Assembly: GCA_046052125.1 (NCBI GenBank)
Contig: JBJOMY010000007.1
Location: forward strand, 1-64,000
Reading direction: 5' to 3'
DNA length: 64,000 bases
DNA from: Cyanobacteriota bacterium
GTDB lineage: Bacteria > Cyanobacteriota > Cyanobacteriia > PCC-6307 > Cyanobiaceae
Shown: piece after piece, positions 52,535 through 64,000 of the stretch
Position numbering within the stretch: position 1 is the stretch's first letter
Layout: every line of letters starts with the position of its first letter
Made by a program: the position numbers and the translations under genes
Notes under the pieces: generated by a model
Database searches by the model: none
What the model was told of the DNA's origin: nothing
Seen by the model: only the letters and a program-made list of their open reading frames with translations

Positions 52535-53677
52535 TCAGCCGCCGAAGAAGGCGGGGAAGGCGAGCTTGAGGCCGGCCGTCACCAGCAGGTTCACCAGAGC
52601 GATCGGCAACAGGAACTTCCAGCCCAGATCCAGGAGCTGGTCGATGCGCACCCGGGGCACGGTCCAGCGGAGCAGGATCGCGAAGAACACCAGCAGGTAG
52701 GCCTTGAGCACGGTCATCACGATGCCGGTGGTGGCCGTGATCACCTGCACCAGCGGTGCATCGATGGGCTGGCCGGTGAGGTTCACCACCCACTCCACCG
52801 GCAGGGGGAAGCCCCAACCGCCGAGGTAGAGCACCGCCACCAGCAGGGCGGAGAGCACCAGGTTGATGTAGCTGCCCAGATAGAAGAGGGCGAACTTCAT
52901 GCCGGCGTACTCGGTCTGGTAGCCGGCCACCAGCTCTTCTTCAGCCTCAGGAAGGTCGAAGGGGAGGCGCTCGCACTCAGCCAGGGCGCAGATCCAGAAG
53001 ATGGCGAAGCCCACAGGCTGGCGCCAGATGTTCCAGCTGAGGATGCCGGCGCCGGTCTGCTGATTAACGATGTCGACAGTGCTGAGCGAGTTGCTCATCA
53101 TCACGACGGCGAGCACCGCCAGGGCCAAAGGGATCTCGTAGGAGATCGACTGAGCAGCTGCGCGCAGACCGCCGAGCAAGGAATATTTGTTGTTCGAGGC
53201 GTAGCCGGCCATCAGCAGGCCAATGGGCTGGATGCTGCTGAGGGAGATCCAGAGGAAGATCCCAACACCCACATTGCTGATGAGCAGGTTCTGGCCGAAG
53301 GGCACCACGAGCCAGCTGAGGATCACCGGCACCAGCACGAGCACCGGGCCGAGCGTGAACAGCAGGCCATCGGCGCGGGCCGGGATCACATCCTCCTTAA
53401 AGAGGAGCTTCATGCCATCAGCCAGGGGCTGAAGGATGCCCAGGGCGCCGGCGTATTCAGGACCGATGCGCTGCTGCACGGCAGCGGAGATCTTGCGCTC
53501 CAGCCACACGTTCACCAGCACACCCACGACCGCTGCCACCAGCACCAGCAGCATCGGCAGAGGAAGCCAAAGCAGGTGCGCAGCGCCCGGCGAGAGCCCC
53601 AGACCCTGCAGGAGGTCGGTGAAGCTCGCCTCCAGGTCGAGGCCGGCGCTCACGACAGCGGGATTGGCAAACACCAT
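52535..53677 (-). CDS. ndhA: NDH-1 subunit 1
   Basis: [37 protein letters not shown]. Confidence 0.98.
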   Translation of the reverse strand: MVFANPAVVSAGLDLEASFTDLLQGLGLSPGAAHLLWLPLPMLLVLVAAVVGVLVNVWLERKISAAVQQRIGPEYAGALGILQPLADGMKLLFKEDVIPARADGLLFTLGPVLVLVPVILSWLVVPFGQNLLISNVGVGIFLWISLSSIQPIGLLMAGYASNNKYSLLGGLRAAAQSISYEIPLALAVLAVVMMSNSLSTVDIVNQQTGAGILSWNIWRQPVGFAIFWICALAECERLPFDLPEAEEELVAGYQTEYAGMKFALFYLGSYINLVLSALLVAVLYLGGWGFPLPVEWVVNLTGQPIDAPLVQVITATTGIVMTVLKAYLLVFFAILLRWTVPRVRIDQLLDLGWKFLLPIALVNLLVTAGLKLAFPAFFGG

Positions 53678-53726
53678 GGGTGGCCTGTGGATGGGGGCAA
53701 CTTAAGCGGCCGCAGCCGCACTCGGG

Positions 53727-54899
53727 TCAGCGGGCTTGAAGCGGTGCCCAGGCGCGGGCCTCCGAACCGGTGTAGATCTGCGTGGGGCGGAAGATGCGAT
53801 TGGCCCCGAGCTGCTCCTTCCAGTGGGCCAGCCAGCCGGCGGTGCGGGCAATGGCAAAGATCGGAGTGAACAGATCCACCGGGATGCCGAGCTTGCGGTA
53901 CACAAGCCCGGAATAGAAGTCCACGTTGGGGTAGATGCCCTTGGGGCCGAGGCGCACGGCTGCGGCTTCTTCGAGCTTGCGGGCCAGGTCGTAGAGGGGA
54001 TCGTGGCCGAACTGATCGAAGAGCTGCTCCGCGAGCTTCTGCAGGATCACAGCGCGCGGATCCTTCACCTTGTATTCGCGGTGGCCGAAGCCCATGATCT
54101 TGCGCTTCTCGGCGATGGCCTGATCGAGCCAGGGCTCCACCTGATCAGCGCTGCCGATGCTGTCGAGCATCTCGAGCACATCCTCATTGGCACCGCCATG
54201 CAACGGACCCGCAAGCGTGCCCACGGCCGAAGCCACCACCGCATAGGGATCGGTGAGGGTGCTGGCGGTGACGCGGGCGCTGAAGGTGCTGGCGTTGAGG
54301 CTGTGCTCGGCGTGCAGGATCAAGCAGGCATCAAAGATGCGGGCCGCCAGGGGATCGGGCTCCCGCTCAGTGAGCATGTAGAGGAAGTTGGCCGCATAGG
54401 CCAGATCGTCGCGGGGCTGAATCGGATCCTGGCCTTTGCGGATCAGCTGAAATGCCGCCACCATCGTGGGGATCTTGGCGATCAGGCGCACCACCGCGGA
54501 AACGATGTATTCCGGGTTATCGAGAGCGCGGCGGGAATAGAAGAGCCCTAGGGAGGCGGCGCTGGCCTGCAGCGCATCCATCGGGTGCCCCTGGGAGGGG
54601 AAGCTCTTCATCATGTCGCGGATGCGGAAGCTCACCCGCCGGTGCATCTGCACCTCATGCTCAAACTCCTGCAACTGGGCTGCAGTGGGCAGCTCTCCCC
54701 AGATCAGGAGATAAGCGGTTTCCAGGAAGGTGCTGTGTTGCGCCAGCTCCTCAACGCTGTAGCCGCGGTAGGTGAGCAGCCCGCGCTGGCCATCGATATC
54801 GCAGACGGCGGACTGGGTGGCCGGCACCCCTTCCAAACCAGGCCGATACACCGGGGCCGCCGTTGCCGCGATCGCATCAGCTCCCGCTGCCCTCACCAT
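53727..54899 (-). CDS. gltA: Citrate synthase
   Basis: GLEGV, LHAEHSLNAST, GPLHGGANE, MGFGHR, PNVDFYSG. Confidence 0.97.
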   Translation of the reverse strand: MVRAAGADAIAATAAPVYRPGLEGVPATQSAVCDIDGQRGLLTYRGYSVEELAQHSTFLETAYLLIWGELPTAAQLQEFEHEVQMHRRVSFRIRDMMKSFPSQGHPMDALQASAASLGLFYSRRALDNPEYIVSAVVRLIAKIPTMVAAFQLIRKGQDPIQPRDDLAYAANFLYMLTEREPDPLAARIFDACLILHAEHSLNASTFSARVTASTLTDPYAVVASAVGTLAGPLHGGANEDVLEMLDSIGSADQVEPWLDQAIAEKRKIMGFGHREYKVKDPRAVILQKLAEQLFDQFGHDPLYDLARKLEEAAAVRLGPKGIYPNVDFYSGLVYRKLGIPVDLFTPIFAIARTAGWLAHWKEQLGANRIFRPTQIYTGSEARAWAPLQAR

Positions 54900-54959
54900 C
54901 GCTGCAACCAGCACATCTGATTGGCAACCTAAGGCCGCTGCTCGCGCGGTTCGGTGCCA

Positions 54960-55517
54960 TCAGCCACCGGATGACTGGCTTTCGCGCCGGCCCAGCAGCA
55001 CCCGCGGCGGCAGCAGCAACTCCAGCCGGGCACTACCGAGCAACCCCGCCTGGGGCGGCTTGGACCACTGCAACAGCACCACCCCAGCTTTCTTGAGGTG
55101 CAGGGCTTCAGGCGCCATCGCCATCGGCACACCGATCAACAGGGCCGCGAGGGTGCTGAGGTCTGGTTCGTGGCCCACCAGCGCCAGCCGGCGCCAGGCC
55201 GGCCGCGGTGAAACCGCCCCGAGCCAGCGCTCCAAAAGAGGCAACGGATCGGCCAGGGGAGCCAGGGCTGCCGCCAACTCGAGCTCCGGGGCCAAACCCG
55301 CCTCCACGGCGAGCTCAGCCGTCTGCCGGGCACGCACCAGGGGGCTGCTCAACACCAGATCGCAGCTGAGCTCCAGATCCACCAGGGCCTGAAGCTGGGC
55401 CATGGTGCGCTCCCGCCCCTCGGGGGTGAGGCTGCGCTGGGCATCTTCCAATCCCTCGGCCCGCTCCTCCGCGATGCCGTGGCGCAGCAGCAGCAATTCC
55501 CGCTTGCGAGAGGCCAT
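54960..55517 (-). CDS. sixA: Phosphohistidine phosphatase SixA
   Basis: LLRHGIA, SSPLVRARQTA, LVGHEPDL. Confidence 0.9.
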   Translation of the reverse strand: MASRKRELLLLRHGIAEERAEGLEDAQRSLTPEGRERTMAQLQALVDLELSCDLVLSSPLVRARQTAELAVEAGLAPELELAAALAPLADPLPLLERWLGAVSPRPAWRRLALVGHEPDLSTLAALLIGVPMAMAPEALHLKKAGVVLLQWSKPPQAGLLGSARLELLLPPRVLLGRRESQSSGG

Positions 55518-55521
55518 GGCT

Positions 55522-57129
55522 TCAGCCCTTCAGCTGCAGCTGGGCCCGCAGCCGCAGGGCGCGGGCGGAGGGGCCATCACCCTCCAGGCTCAGGGCTGCC
55601 CCATCCACCAAGGGAGTGAGCGAACTGCTGGAGAGGGCGCTGATCAGCCGCCAGGGCTGCCAACCCGCCAGCAGCTGCTGGGCCGTGGAGGCGTCCATGG
55701 CCCATTGGAAGGGGGCCTCTGGGGTTCCCAACGATTCCAGTTGGTCCAGACGCTGATCGGAACCGTGGTGGCCCTCGTCCTGCTGATTGAGCACCGCCAG
55801 CCCCTGTCCCCACCAAGCCCAGCTGTTTTGCAGCGTGCGCGCCCCTGCCAACTGGGCCTGCAGCTGATCGGGATTGCCCTTCACCGGCTTCGACTCCAAA
55901 CGAGTCCAGGCCTGAAGCGCAAGGCCACGGCTCTGCAGCGGCGAGCTGCTGTAGCCCTCAGCCGACAGGGAGGCATCGAGGGCATCGAGGGGCGGTTGTT
56001 GAGCCGTTGTGCCAAGCAGCCAGCCATCGCGCGACTGCGCCCACAGCAGCGGGCCATGATCCGCCGCCGCCACCAGAGCAGGCAGGGCACCGGGCATGCG
56101 ATTGAGGGCCTGACGCAGCAGGGGGGAGAGCAGCTCGCCCCAGGGATTCGGGTCAGCCTCCAGCACCTGAGCTGGATCGCTCAGTAGAGCGAGGCTAGTG
56201 GCGGACACCTGAAGCTGCTTCTGCAAAGCCTGCGGTGGCGCGGGCAACGCAGGAAGCCCCTGACGCAACTGTGTGATGGCATCCAGCTGCAAGCCACGGC
56301 CCGAGGGGGCGACCGCCGCCACCAGCTCAATCGCGGGCGACTCCGCATCGGCATCTCCAGAGCTGGTGGCGGCCGGGAGACCCAACCACTGCTCCATGGC
56401 CTGCGGACGGGCGGTGAGCAGGGCCACACCTCGGCCGAGACGATCCACGGCCTGCTGCAGCGGAACGCTGGCGGCCTGATTCAGTTCATCAATCTGGGAC
56501 ACGTCGAGGGCCTGCTCGAGAACGCCTCGACCTGAGGCGATCAGCACCAACTCGTCGTTGATCAACGCTGTGGCCAGCGGCTGCGGCTCCTGCCCCAGCA
56601 GGGCGCCACGACCACTGATCAGCCCCATGCCGCGATAGCTGCTGATCTGCAGATCAGTGCCAGCCAGGCTGCGGCTCTGCCAGAACCGCTGGAGAAAACG
56701 GCGCGCACCCTCACTATCGCGGCTGCGCAGAGCCAGCACCCAACCGGGGGGCTCCTGCGCCGCCGGAGGGGTGAGCAAAGCAAAACTGCTTTCGCGCCCC
56801 AGCCAAGGAGCCAACTCACTGGCGTAGTCGAGCCCGGCGGCAGCAAAGGCGCCATCACGCAGACGATCCGCGGCTGCCGCGGCCTCTCGGCGCTGGCGCG
56901 GCGCCGCCACGGCGCGTGCGTAGGCAGCAGGCTGCTCAGGCGAGAGCAACCAGTGCACGCTCAGGGGCGCCGTGCGGGGCACAAAGCGGGCCGCCAGGGG
57001 CAAGGCGAGGCGCTGGTTCTGCAACCCCAGCGGACTGTGCTGCAGGAGCAACCACCAGCCCGCGGCTCCCAAGCTCAGCAAGGCCACGGCCGCCGCCAAC
57101 ACTGCCGCCAGGAAGGGGCGGGCCTTCAT
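55522..57129 (-). CDS. DUF3352-like membrane-anchored protein
   Basis: N-terminal TM, GLDY..LAPWLG, RFLQRFWQ, ISSYRGMGLI. Confidence 0.72.
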   Translation of the reverse strand: MKARPFLAAVLAAAVALLSLGAAGWWLLLQHSPLGLQNQRLALPLAARFVPRTAPLSVHWLLSPEQPAAYARAVAAPRQRREAAAAADRLRDGAFAAAGLDYASELAPWLGRESSFALLTPPAAQEPPGWVLALRSRDSEGARRFLQRFWQSRSLAGTDLQISSYRGMGLISGRGALLGQEPQPLATALINDELVLIASGRGVLEQALDVSQIDELNQAASVPLQQAVDRLGRGVALLTARPQAMEQWLGLPAATSSGDADAESPAIELVAAVAPSGRGLQLDAITQLRQGLPALPAPPQALQKQLQVSATSLALLSDPAQVLEADPNPWGELLSPLLRQALNRMPGALPALVAAADHGPLLWAQSRDGWLLGTTAQQPPLDALDASLSAEGYSSSPLQSRGLALQAWTRLESKPVKGNPDQLQAQLAGARTLQNSWAWWGQGLAVLNQQDEGHHGSDQRLDQLESLGTPEAPFQWAMDASTAQQLLAGWQPWRLISALSSSSLTPLVDGAALSLEGDGPSARALRLRAQLQLKG

Positions 57130-57206
57130 GGGTTGCCTGCAGGACTGGCCTCATCTTTATGCATGGGGGCAGTGTTTGGCACCCTGAGCAGCCCTAGCTT
57201 CTGGCG

Positions 57207-57551
57207 ATGAGCACACCCACACCCCTCAGCGCCCACCAACTGCACCAGCGCCTCGAAGCCGGTGAGCCGTTGCAGCTCGTGGATGTGCGCGAGTCAATGG
57301 AACTGGAGCTGGCGCGGCTCAACGCGCCTGTGGTTCACCTACCGCTGAGCGAATCGGAGCGGTGGATCCCCTCCCTGCGGGAGCAGCTCGATGCCGAACG
57401 GGATGTGGTGGTGCTGTGCCACGCCGGCATCCGCAGCTGGCAATTCGGCTGCTGGCTGATGGAGGCCCAGGGCTTCCCACGGGTGTGGAACCTGCAGGGC
57501 GGCATCGACGCTTGGAGCGCCGAGGTTGATCCGAGCGTGCCGCGCTACTGA
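57207..57551 (+). CDS. Single-domain rhodanese-like sulfurtransferase
   Basis: LVDVRE, LCHAGIRS, NLQGGIDAWS..DPSVPRY. Confidence 0.92.
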   Translation: MSTPTPLSAHQLHQRLEAGEPLQLVDVRESMELELARLNAPVVHLPLSESERWIPSLREQLDAERDVVVLCHAGIRSWQFGCWLMEAQGFPRVWNLQGGIDAWSAEVDPSVPRY

Positions 57552-57601
57552 GCCGCAACCGCCCCTACGATCCCCGCACCTCTCGCACCAGGCGCGTTTC
57601 C

Positions 57602-58594
57602 GTGCAGCCGTTGCCCCGCCGGCAAGAGCAGGTGCTGCAGGCCACCGTGCGCCACTACGTGGACACCACCGAGCCGGTGGGCAGCAAAACCCTGGTGCAG
57701 CGCTTCGGGCTGGAGGCGAGCCCGGCCACGATCCGCTCGGCGATGGGCGCCCTCGAACAGCGGGGTCTACTCACCCAGCCCCACACCTCCGCCGGCCGGG
57801 TGCCGAGCCCGCTGGGCTACCGGCACTTCGTGAACTGCTTATTACCGGCCCCCGGCGCGGCAGCCGGGCAGCTGCAGCGGGAACTGATGGGCTTGAGCCT
57901 GCAGTGGGCCGCCCTCGACGACCTCCTGCTGCACCTGGCCCGCCGGCTCGCGGATCTCACCGGTCTGCTGAGCCTGATCACCCGGCCGCAGCGCCTCACC
58001 CCCGGGCTACAAACCGTGCGTCTGGTGCCCAGCGGCGATCGCCTGCTGGTGTTTCTGGTGGATGGAGGGGCCTGCGCCACGAGCCTCAACCTGCGCCTGC
58101 CGCATGGCAGCGCGCACAACCTGCCCGCCCTGGAACGCTGGGTGAGCGATCAGCTGGCCCAGGGAGCTATCAACTGGCAGAGCCTGCCGCCGCAGCTCCA
58201 GGGCTGCGGTGATTTGCTGCGCCAGGGGCTGATCAGCCACCACCAGGCCAGCGCCAGCCAACCCAGCAGCGCCGTCACCCTCGGCCTGGGCGGTTTGCTG
58301 AGCCAGCCGGAATTCCAACGCAGTGAAAGTCTGCGGCCGCTGCTGCAGTTGGTGGAACAGGAGCCGCAGCGGGTGTTGCAGGCGGATCAGGTGAGTCCGC
58401 TCGGGGGCGTGTGGATCGGTGCCGAGCACCCGGATCCGGCACTGCACCAATGCGCGGTGGTGCAGTCGCGCTACGACACCGCCACTGGCGGTTCGGGCCA
58501 GGTGGCCCTGATCGGACCAATGCGGATGCCCTATGCCACAGCCCGCTCAGCCGTGCAGGCGGTGGCCAACACGCTGGAACGGCTGCTGAGCTGA
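57602..58594 (+). CDS. hrcA: Heat-inducible transcription repressor HrcA
   Basis: EPVGSK, SPATIRSAM, QPHTSAGRVPS, IGPMRMPY. Confidence 0.93.
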   Translation: MQPLPRRQEQVLQATVRHYVDTTEPVGSKTLVQRFGLEASPATIRSAMGALEQRGLLTQPHTSAGRVPSPLGYRHFVNCLLPAPGAAAGQLQRELMGLSLQWAALDDLLLHLARRLADLTGLLSLITRPQRLTPGLQTVRLVPSGDRLLVFLVDGGACATSLNLRLPHGSAHNLPALERWVSDQLAQGAINWQSLPPQLQGCGDLLRQGLISHHQASASQPSSAVTLGLGGLLSQPEFQRSESLRPLLQLVEQEPQRVLQADQVSPLGGVWIGAEHPDPALHQCAVVQSRYDTATGGSGQVALIGPMRMPYATARSAVQAVANTLERLLS

Positions 58595-58597
58595 GCT

Positions 58598-59872
<1,275 letters not shown>

Positions 59873-60023
59873 TGCAGCGTAGGAACTGGCGGTGGCGGCA
59901 GGACGGGCCAGCCAGCCGGCTCGTCAAAACGCACCATCTCCAGCTGCAGAGGAGGCATCTCCATCGAGCGAGACGGCGCTGTCCAACCCGTGCGCTGAAC
60001 TGGGTGTAGCGAACAACCAAGCA

Positions 60024-60347
60024 ATGGCCAAGGGCGGCTGGCAGGAATTCAGCAGGCCGGAGAGCCTGCAGCGAGGGATGCCAGCGTCGGACCCCACCCC
60101 GAAAAACCAGCAGCGCGTGCGGGTGCAACGCACCAAAGCTGGCAAGGGCGGAAAGATGGTGACGGCGATCACCGGTCTAGAAGCAGCTGAAGCCGAGCTG
60201 AAGGCCCTGCTAAAGCAGCTCAAGGCCGCAGCCGGCACCGGCGGCACCGTGAAAGACGGGGTGATTGAACTGCAGGGCGATCAGGTAGCGCCTGCGCTCG
60301 CTGCACTCGAGAAGGCGGGCTACAAACCAAAACAGGCCGGAGGTTGA
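60024..60347 (+). CDS. yciH: Translation initiation factor SUI1/YciH homolog
   Basis: GKGGKMVTAITG, GTGGTVKDGVIELQGD, KQAGG. Confidence 0.9.
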   Translation: MAKGGWQEFSRPESLQRGMPASDPTPKNQQRVRVQRTKAGKGGKMVTAITGLEAAEAELKALLKQLKAAAGTGGTVKDGVIELQGDQVAPALAALEKAGYKPKQAGG

Positions 60348-60351
60348 GGCA

Positions 60352-61479
60352 TTGCTGAAACCCTCCCTCGGCCTGCTCCTGGCGGGCAGCCTGCTGAGTG
60401 GTCCTCAGGCGGCGCTTGCTGAAACCAGCAAGGACTGCCAAACCGCTCTGGCAGCAGCAGCGCAGCAGCAAAGCGATCTGCTGCAGCGCGCACCAGAGTT
60501 GGCTGTGCTGATGCTGGGCGAAATCCACACCAGCAGCGCCGACCATGAGTGGCAGCTGCGCACCCTCGAGCGGTTGAGCTTGCAACGCCAACTGGTGCTC
60601 GGACTCGAGATGATTCCGGCAGCCCGGCAACCTGTTCTCAACCGCTTCAACAACGGTGAGATCGATCTGGCGACCTTGCCGAAGGAGGTGGACTGGGCAT
60701 CGGTCTGGGGCCATGACCCTGAGCTGTATGCACCCTTGCTGCGCTGGGCTCGCTTGAAACGAGTGCCCCTACTGGCCCTGAATGCCGAGCCTGCGCTTGT
60801 TCGGCAGGTGAGACAAGGCGGGTTGGCGGCGCTTTCACCGGCTCAGCTCCAAAGAATCGACCAACCAGCACCGGCCAGCCAGGCCTATCGCCAACGGTTG
60901 ACCATCAGCTGGCGAGTGCACCAACCCCCGGGGGATTCACACAGCAACGCTGCAGACCTGGAGCGCTTCATCGATAGCCAAGTGCTGCGTGACCGCGTGA
61001 TGGCCAAGCGACTCCTGGCTGCTCATCGCCTGAATCCCCAGCCGTTGCTGGTGGCCCTCATCGGGGCGGGGCACATGGAAGGGAACGATGGCGTTCCCCA
61101 ACAGCTCCAGCAGCTCGGCCTCAAACAACAACTCGCCCTCAAGCGCCCCCTTCTGCCGGATGGCTGCGTTCCACCCCCGAGTGGTGCACGTTTAGGTGCC
61201 TTCCTGGAAAGCGATCCGTCCGGGGTCTGGGTGCGCCAGGTAGCGCCTGGGTCTGCAGCCGCGGCGGCAGGGCTGCGACCAGGCGATCGAATCCTTGAAC
61301 TGAACGGACAGAGTGTTCAACGGGCCGGCCAGGTGATCCGTGGGGTGCGGCTCCATCCCGATGGCGTTCAGCTGCGATTGACCATCGAACGCAAAGGCCA
61401 GCGCATCCAGTTGGACCTGCAGCTGCCCGCCTCGAACGAACCGGCGATTGCCGCCAGGGACAATGGCGCCAACGTCTAG
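60352..61479 (+). CDS. Exported ChaN/PhuW-like (TraB/EreA/ChaN fold) protein with C-terminal PDZ domain
   Basis: Signal peptide; LGEIH..H..QL, LGLEM, YAPLL..LALN, RDRVMA, IGAGH; PDZ segment [21 protein letters not shown]. Confidence 0.8.
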   Translation: MLKPSLGLLLAGSLLSGPQAALAETSKDCQTALAAAAQQQSDLLQRAPELAVLMLGEIHTSSADHEWQLRTLERLSLQRQLVLGLEMIPAARQPVLNRFNNGEIDLATLPKEVDWASVWGHDPELYAPLLRWARLKRVPLLALNAEPALVRQVRQGGLAALSPAQLQRIDQPAPASQAYRQRLTISWRVHQPPGDSHSNAADLERFIDSQVLRDRVMAKRLLAAHRLNPQPLLVALIGAGHMEGNDGVPQQLQQLGLKQQLALKRPLLPDGCVPPPSGARLGAFLESDPSGVWVRQVAPGSAAAAAGLRPGDRILELNGQSVQRAGQVIRGVRLHPDGVQLRLTIERKGQRIQLDLQLPASNEPAIAARDNGANV

Positions 61480-61486
61480 CGCCCTG

Positions 61487-62134
61487 ATGACCACGACCCC
61501 CTCCTACGGCGAACTCACCACCAAAGGCGCCTCGACCAACATCGCCTGGCACCACGCCTCCGTGGATCGGGCGGCACGGGCAGAGCAGCGGGGCCATCGC
61601 AGCGCGATTCTGTGGTTCACCGGCCTGAGCGGCTCGGGCAAGAGCACCCTGGCCAACGCCGTGAACCAGGCCCTGTTCGAGCGGGGGCTGGCCTGCTACG
61701 TGCTCGATGGCGACAACATCCGCCACGGCCTCTGCAAAGACCTCGGCTTCTCTGATGCCGACCGCGAAGAAAACATCCGCCGCATCGGTGAGGTGAGCAA
61801 GCTCTTCCTCGATGCCGGCGTGGTGGTGCTCACCGCCTTCGTGTCGCCCTTCAAAGCCGATCGCGACCGTGCCCGCGCTCTGGTGGCTGCCGGTGATTTC
61901 GTGGAGATTCACTGCGCCGCCGACCTAGCCGTGTGCGAAGAGCGCGACACCAAAGGCCTCTACGCCAAGGCCCGCGCCGGCGAGATCAAGGAATTCACCG
62001 GGATCTCCAGCCCCTATGAGGCCCCCGAGGCGCCCGAGCTGAAGGTGGACACCGGCAGCCAGACCCTCGAGCAGAGCGTGGAGCAGGTGCTCGCCTACCT
62101 GAGCGCTGAGGGCGTTATTCCCCAGCAGGGCTGA
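61487..62134 (+). CDS. cysC: Adenylyl-sulfate kinase
   Basis: [33 protein letters not shown]. Confidence 0.97.
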   Translation: MTTTPSYGELTTKGASTNIAWHHASVDRAARAEQRGHRSAILWFTGLSGSGKSTLANAVNQALFERGLACYVLDGDNIRHGLCKDLGFSDADREENIRRIGEVSKLFLDAGVVVLTAFVSPFKADRDRARALVAAGDFVEIHCAADLAVCEERDTKGLYAKARAGEIKEFTGISSPYEAPEAPELKVDTGSQTLEQSVEQVLAYLSAEGVIPQQG

Positions 62135-63215
62135 GGCCAGAGCTGCTCGGTGATGCCTGGCCCAGTCCCCGCTGCTGGGCCCAGGCATCGAGAAAGGTCT
62201 TCAGGCAGCTGGCCACCGGCACCGCCAGCAACAAACCGAGCAGGTCACCGAATCCCATCAGGTTGCCCACCCGTGCTCCTACGGGGAGCGACACCAATAG
62301 CCAGGCGGGTTGAAGCCCCACGATGCTGCCCATCAGCCGCGGCTGAATCACCTGATCCACCAGCTGGCCCACCGTGATCGCTGCAGCCAACACCTCGAGG
62401 GCCGTGCGCGGATCATCCAGAGCCAGCAACACGCTCACCAACACGATCGTGACCGCGCTGGCGTAAGGCACCAAGGTGGTGAAGCCGATGGCGACGGCAA
62501 ACAGCACCCCATAGGGGATGCCGAGCAACGTGAACACCACGATCTGCAGCACGCTGAGGATCAAAGCCAACAGCACCTGTCCGGCGAAGTAGCCCCGGAA
62601 GGTGCGATTGAGCGTGGTGGTGACCAGGTCGCGAACGCCGTCCGGCAGCCAGCGGGCCAGACCCGCCACGATCCGATCGCCGCCCAGCAGCAGGAAGACC
62701 GCCAGCACCGTGACGATCACGGTGTTCACCGTGATGCCCACCGTGGCTCCAAGGATGCCAAGCAGGCGCTGGCTCAACTGACTGGCCAGCTGACTGGCCC
62801 GGGTGAACAGGGTGCTGCTGAGATCGGTGAATTCCGTTGGCAGGCCGCGATCCGCCGCCCAGGCCTCAAGGCGATCCAACCAGGCCTCGCCCTCCACCAG
62901 CCAGCCAGGCAGGGCGCTCACCAATTCACCCAGCTGCTCGATCAAGCGGGGCACCAGCCAGAGCGCCGACAGCACCAGCAGCCCGAAGCCAAGGCCCACC
63001 ACTGCCAACACCGCCAGGAGCCGCGGCAAGCCCCGATCCGCCAGCCAACGGGTGGGCAGATCCAGCAAAAAGGCGATCAAAGCGGCCGCCAGGAACAGGG
63101 CCGGAAAGGGCGCCAGCGGCAGGAGCAGCTTCTGCAGCACCCATAAGTTGAGTCCAAGCAAGGGCAGCGCCAAGCTCAGCTGCAGCCACAGGGGCAGAAC
63201 GAGGCGCTCGAGCAT
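62115..63215 (-). CDS. AI-2E family transporter
   Basis: [37 protein letters not shown]. Confidence 0.87.
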   Translation of the reverse strand: MLERLVLPLWLQLSLALPLLGLNLWVLQKLLLPLAPFPALFLAAALIAFLLDLPTRWLADRGLPRLLAVLAVVGLGFGLLVLSALWLVPRLIEQLGELVSALPGWLVEGEAWLDRLEAWAADRGLPTEFTDLSSTLFTRASQLASQLSQRLLGILGATVGITVNTVIVTVLAVFLLLGGDRIVAGLARWLPDGVRDLVTTTLNRTFRGYFAGQVLLALILSVLQIVVFTLLGIPYGVLFAVAIGFTTLVPYASAVTIVLVSVLLALDDPRTALEVLAAAITVGQLVDQVIQPRLMGSIVGLQPAWLLVSLPVGARVGNLMGFGDLLGLLLAVPVASCLKTFLDAWAQQRGLGQASPSSSGLSPAGE

Positions 63216-63230
63216 TCGCAGCCCGCTAGA

Positions 63231-63845
63231 TCAGCTCTGAACCTTCAGCTTGGCGGCACCAGCGCTGGCCTGCCACCAGAACGAGAGCCAGCAGACGATC
63301 CCAAGGAACTTGGCCCCTTCTTCGTAGAGCTGAAGGGTGGTGTAGGGCACCGGAATCAACTCCTGGAGCAGGTCGAGCAACACCGATAGGCCCAAAAGCG
63401 CCACCGCCAGGATGAAACTGCCTCCCCCAAGGGCAAGCACCTGCTGGCGAAAGCGAAACAGGATCAGCAGCGCGAACACCGCATACAGCCCATACAAAAA
63501 GCTGGAGCCGATGTAGCGGTCGTGCAGGAGGAACATGTCGTCCAAGCAGAGCAGCAGGGAAAAGCCACCACCACAGAGCAGCAGCTGCCGTTCCCGGCCG
63601 CGCACCCCACCCACCCGGGCCAGCGCCGTGAACAAGGCGATCGCTGCCGCTGAGATCCAAAGCAGGTAGCCGAGGTTGGACAGGAAGCCAACGCCCAACG
63701 GCGTATCGCAACTCTGCGCCAGATCTCGGATCACGAGCTGGGAATTCACCCCCGCAGCGCTACTCAGCGCCAGCGCCAGCAGGTACACGACCAGAGCAGG
63801 CAGCAAGCCCACCAGCACAGTCCGCACGACAGGACGGTTCGGCAT
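63231..63845 (-). CDS. Hypothetical multi-pass membrane protein
   Basis: About 6-7 hydrophobic segments; GFLSNLG, LDDMFLLHD, EEGAKF. Confidence 0.7.
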   Translation of the reverse strand: MPNRPVVRTVLVGLLPALVVYLLALALSSAAGVNSQLVIRDLAQSCDTPLGVGFLSNLGYLLWISAAAIALFTALARVGGVRGRERQLLLCGGGFSLLLCLDDMFLLHDRYIGSSFLYGLYAVFALLILFRFRQQVLALGGGSFILAVALLGLSVLLDLLQELIPVPYTTLQLYEEGAKFLGIVCWLSFWWQASAGAAKLKVQS

Positions 63846-63897
63846 CAGCCCGCGCAAATGACTGGATCCAGCGAAGCAGATCCCGCCCAGCGCCGCC

Positions 63898-64000
63898 TCA
63901 CATCTGGGCCAGATAAGCGGCGCTGCCTAACTCCAGTAGGCGTTGATCCTTCGCCACCACCTGATCATGCAGGCCCTGGCGATAAGCCTGAACGCGCCCG
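63898..64000 (-). CDS. purE: 3' end of N5-CAIR mutase PurE (partial)
   Basis: Translates to GRVQAYRQGLHDQVVAKDQRLLELGSAAYLAQM*, which resembles the cyanobacterial PurE C-terminal helix; only 33 codons are visible. Confidence 0.6.
   Translation of the reverse strand, partial: GRVQAYRQGLHDQVVAKDQRLLELGSAAYLAQM

Overview
High-GC picocyanobacterial chromosome (Synechococcus/Cyanobium-type, inferred from gene content and order). Most of the window is core genome: invertase, petBD, ctpA, minC/minDE, a stand-alone psbD, rpaA, holB, tmk, ctaA, ycf3, radA, rpaB, plsX-fabH-fabD-plsC, tsaB, ycf34, crtB/crtP, ndhM, rbcR, ndhF1/ndhD1, scpA, cugP, metF, pedR, nadK, ndhAIGE, gltA, hrcA, trpB, cysC, the purE 3' end and two tRNAs (Thr-TGT, Asn-GTT). 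Four non-core elements stand out. (1) A translationally coupled operon of a two-HKD phospholipase D-family gene and a pair of short-chain chromate-family (CHR) transporters sits antisense between minC and minD. (2) A lower-GC island after tRNA-Thr holds a chimeric IS3 remnant, a ~1350-aa Gly-rich autotransporter with Tyr/Met motifs and an internal 122-bp duplication, an intact-looking IS3 element without target duplication, and a truncated membrane-protein gene. (3) The ~340-bp ndhF1-ndhD1 spacer is almost wholly folded, with perfect 18- and 22-bp stems and a possible pseudoknot or switch. (4) ChaN-PDZ, AI-2E and an unknown membrane gene lie around cysC. The best candidates for undescribed biology are (1), (3) and the autotransporter passenger. 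All product calls come from motif recognition only; no searches were run, and several start codons are best guesses.
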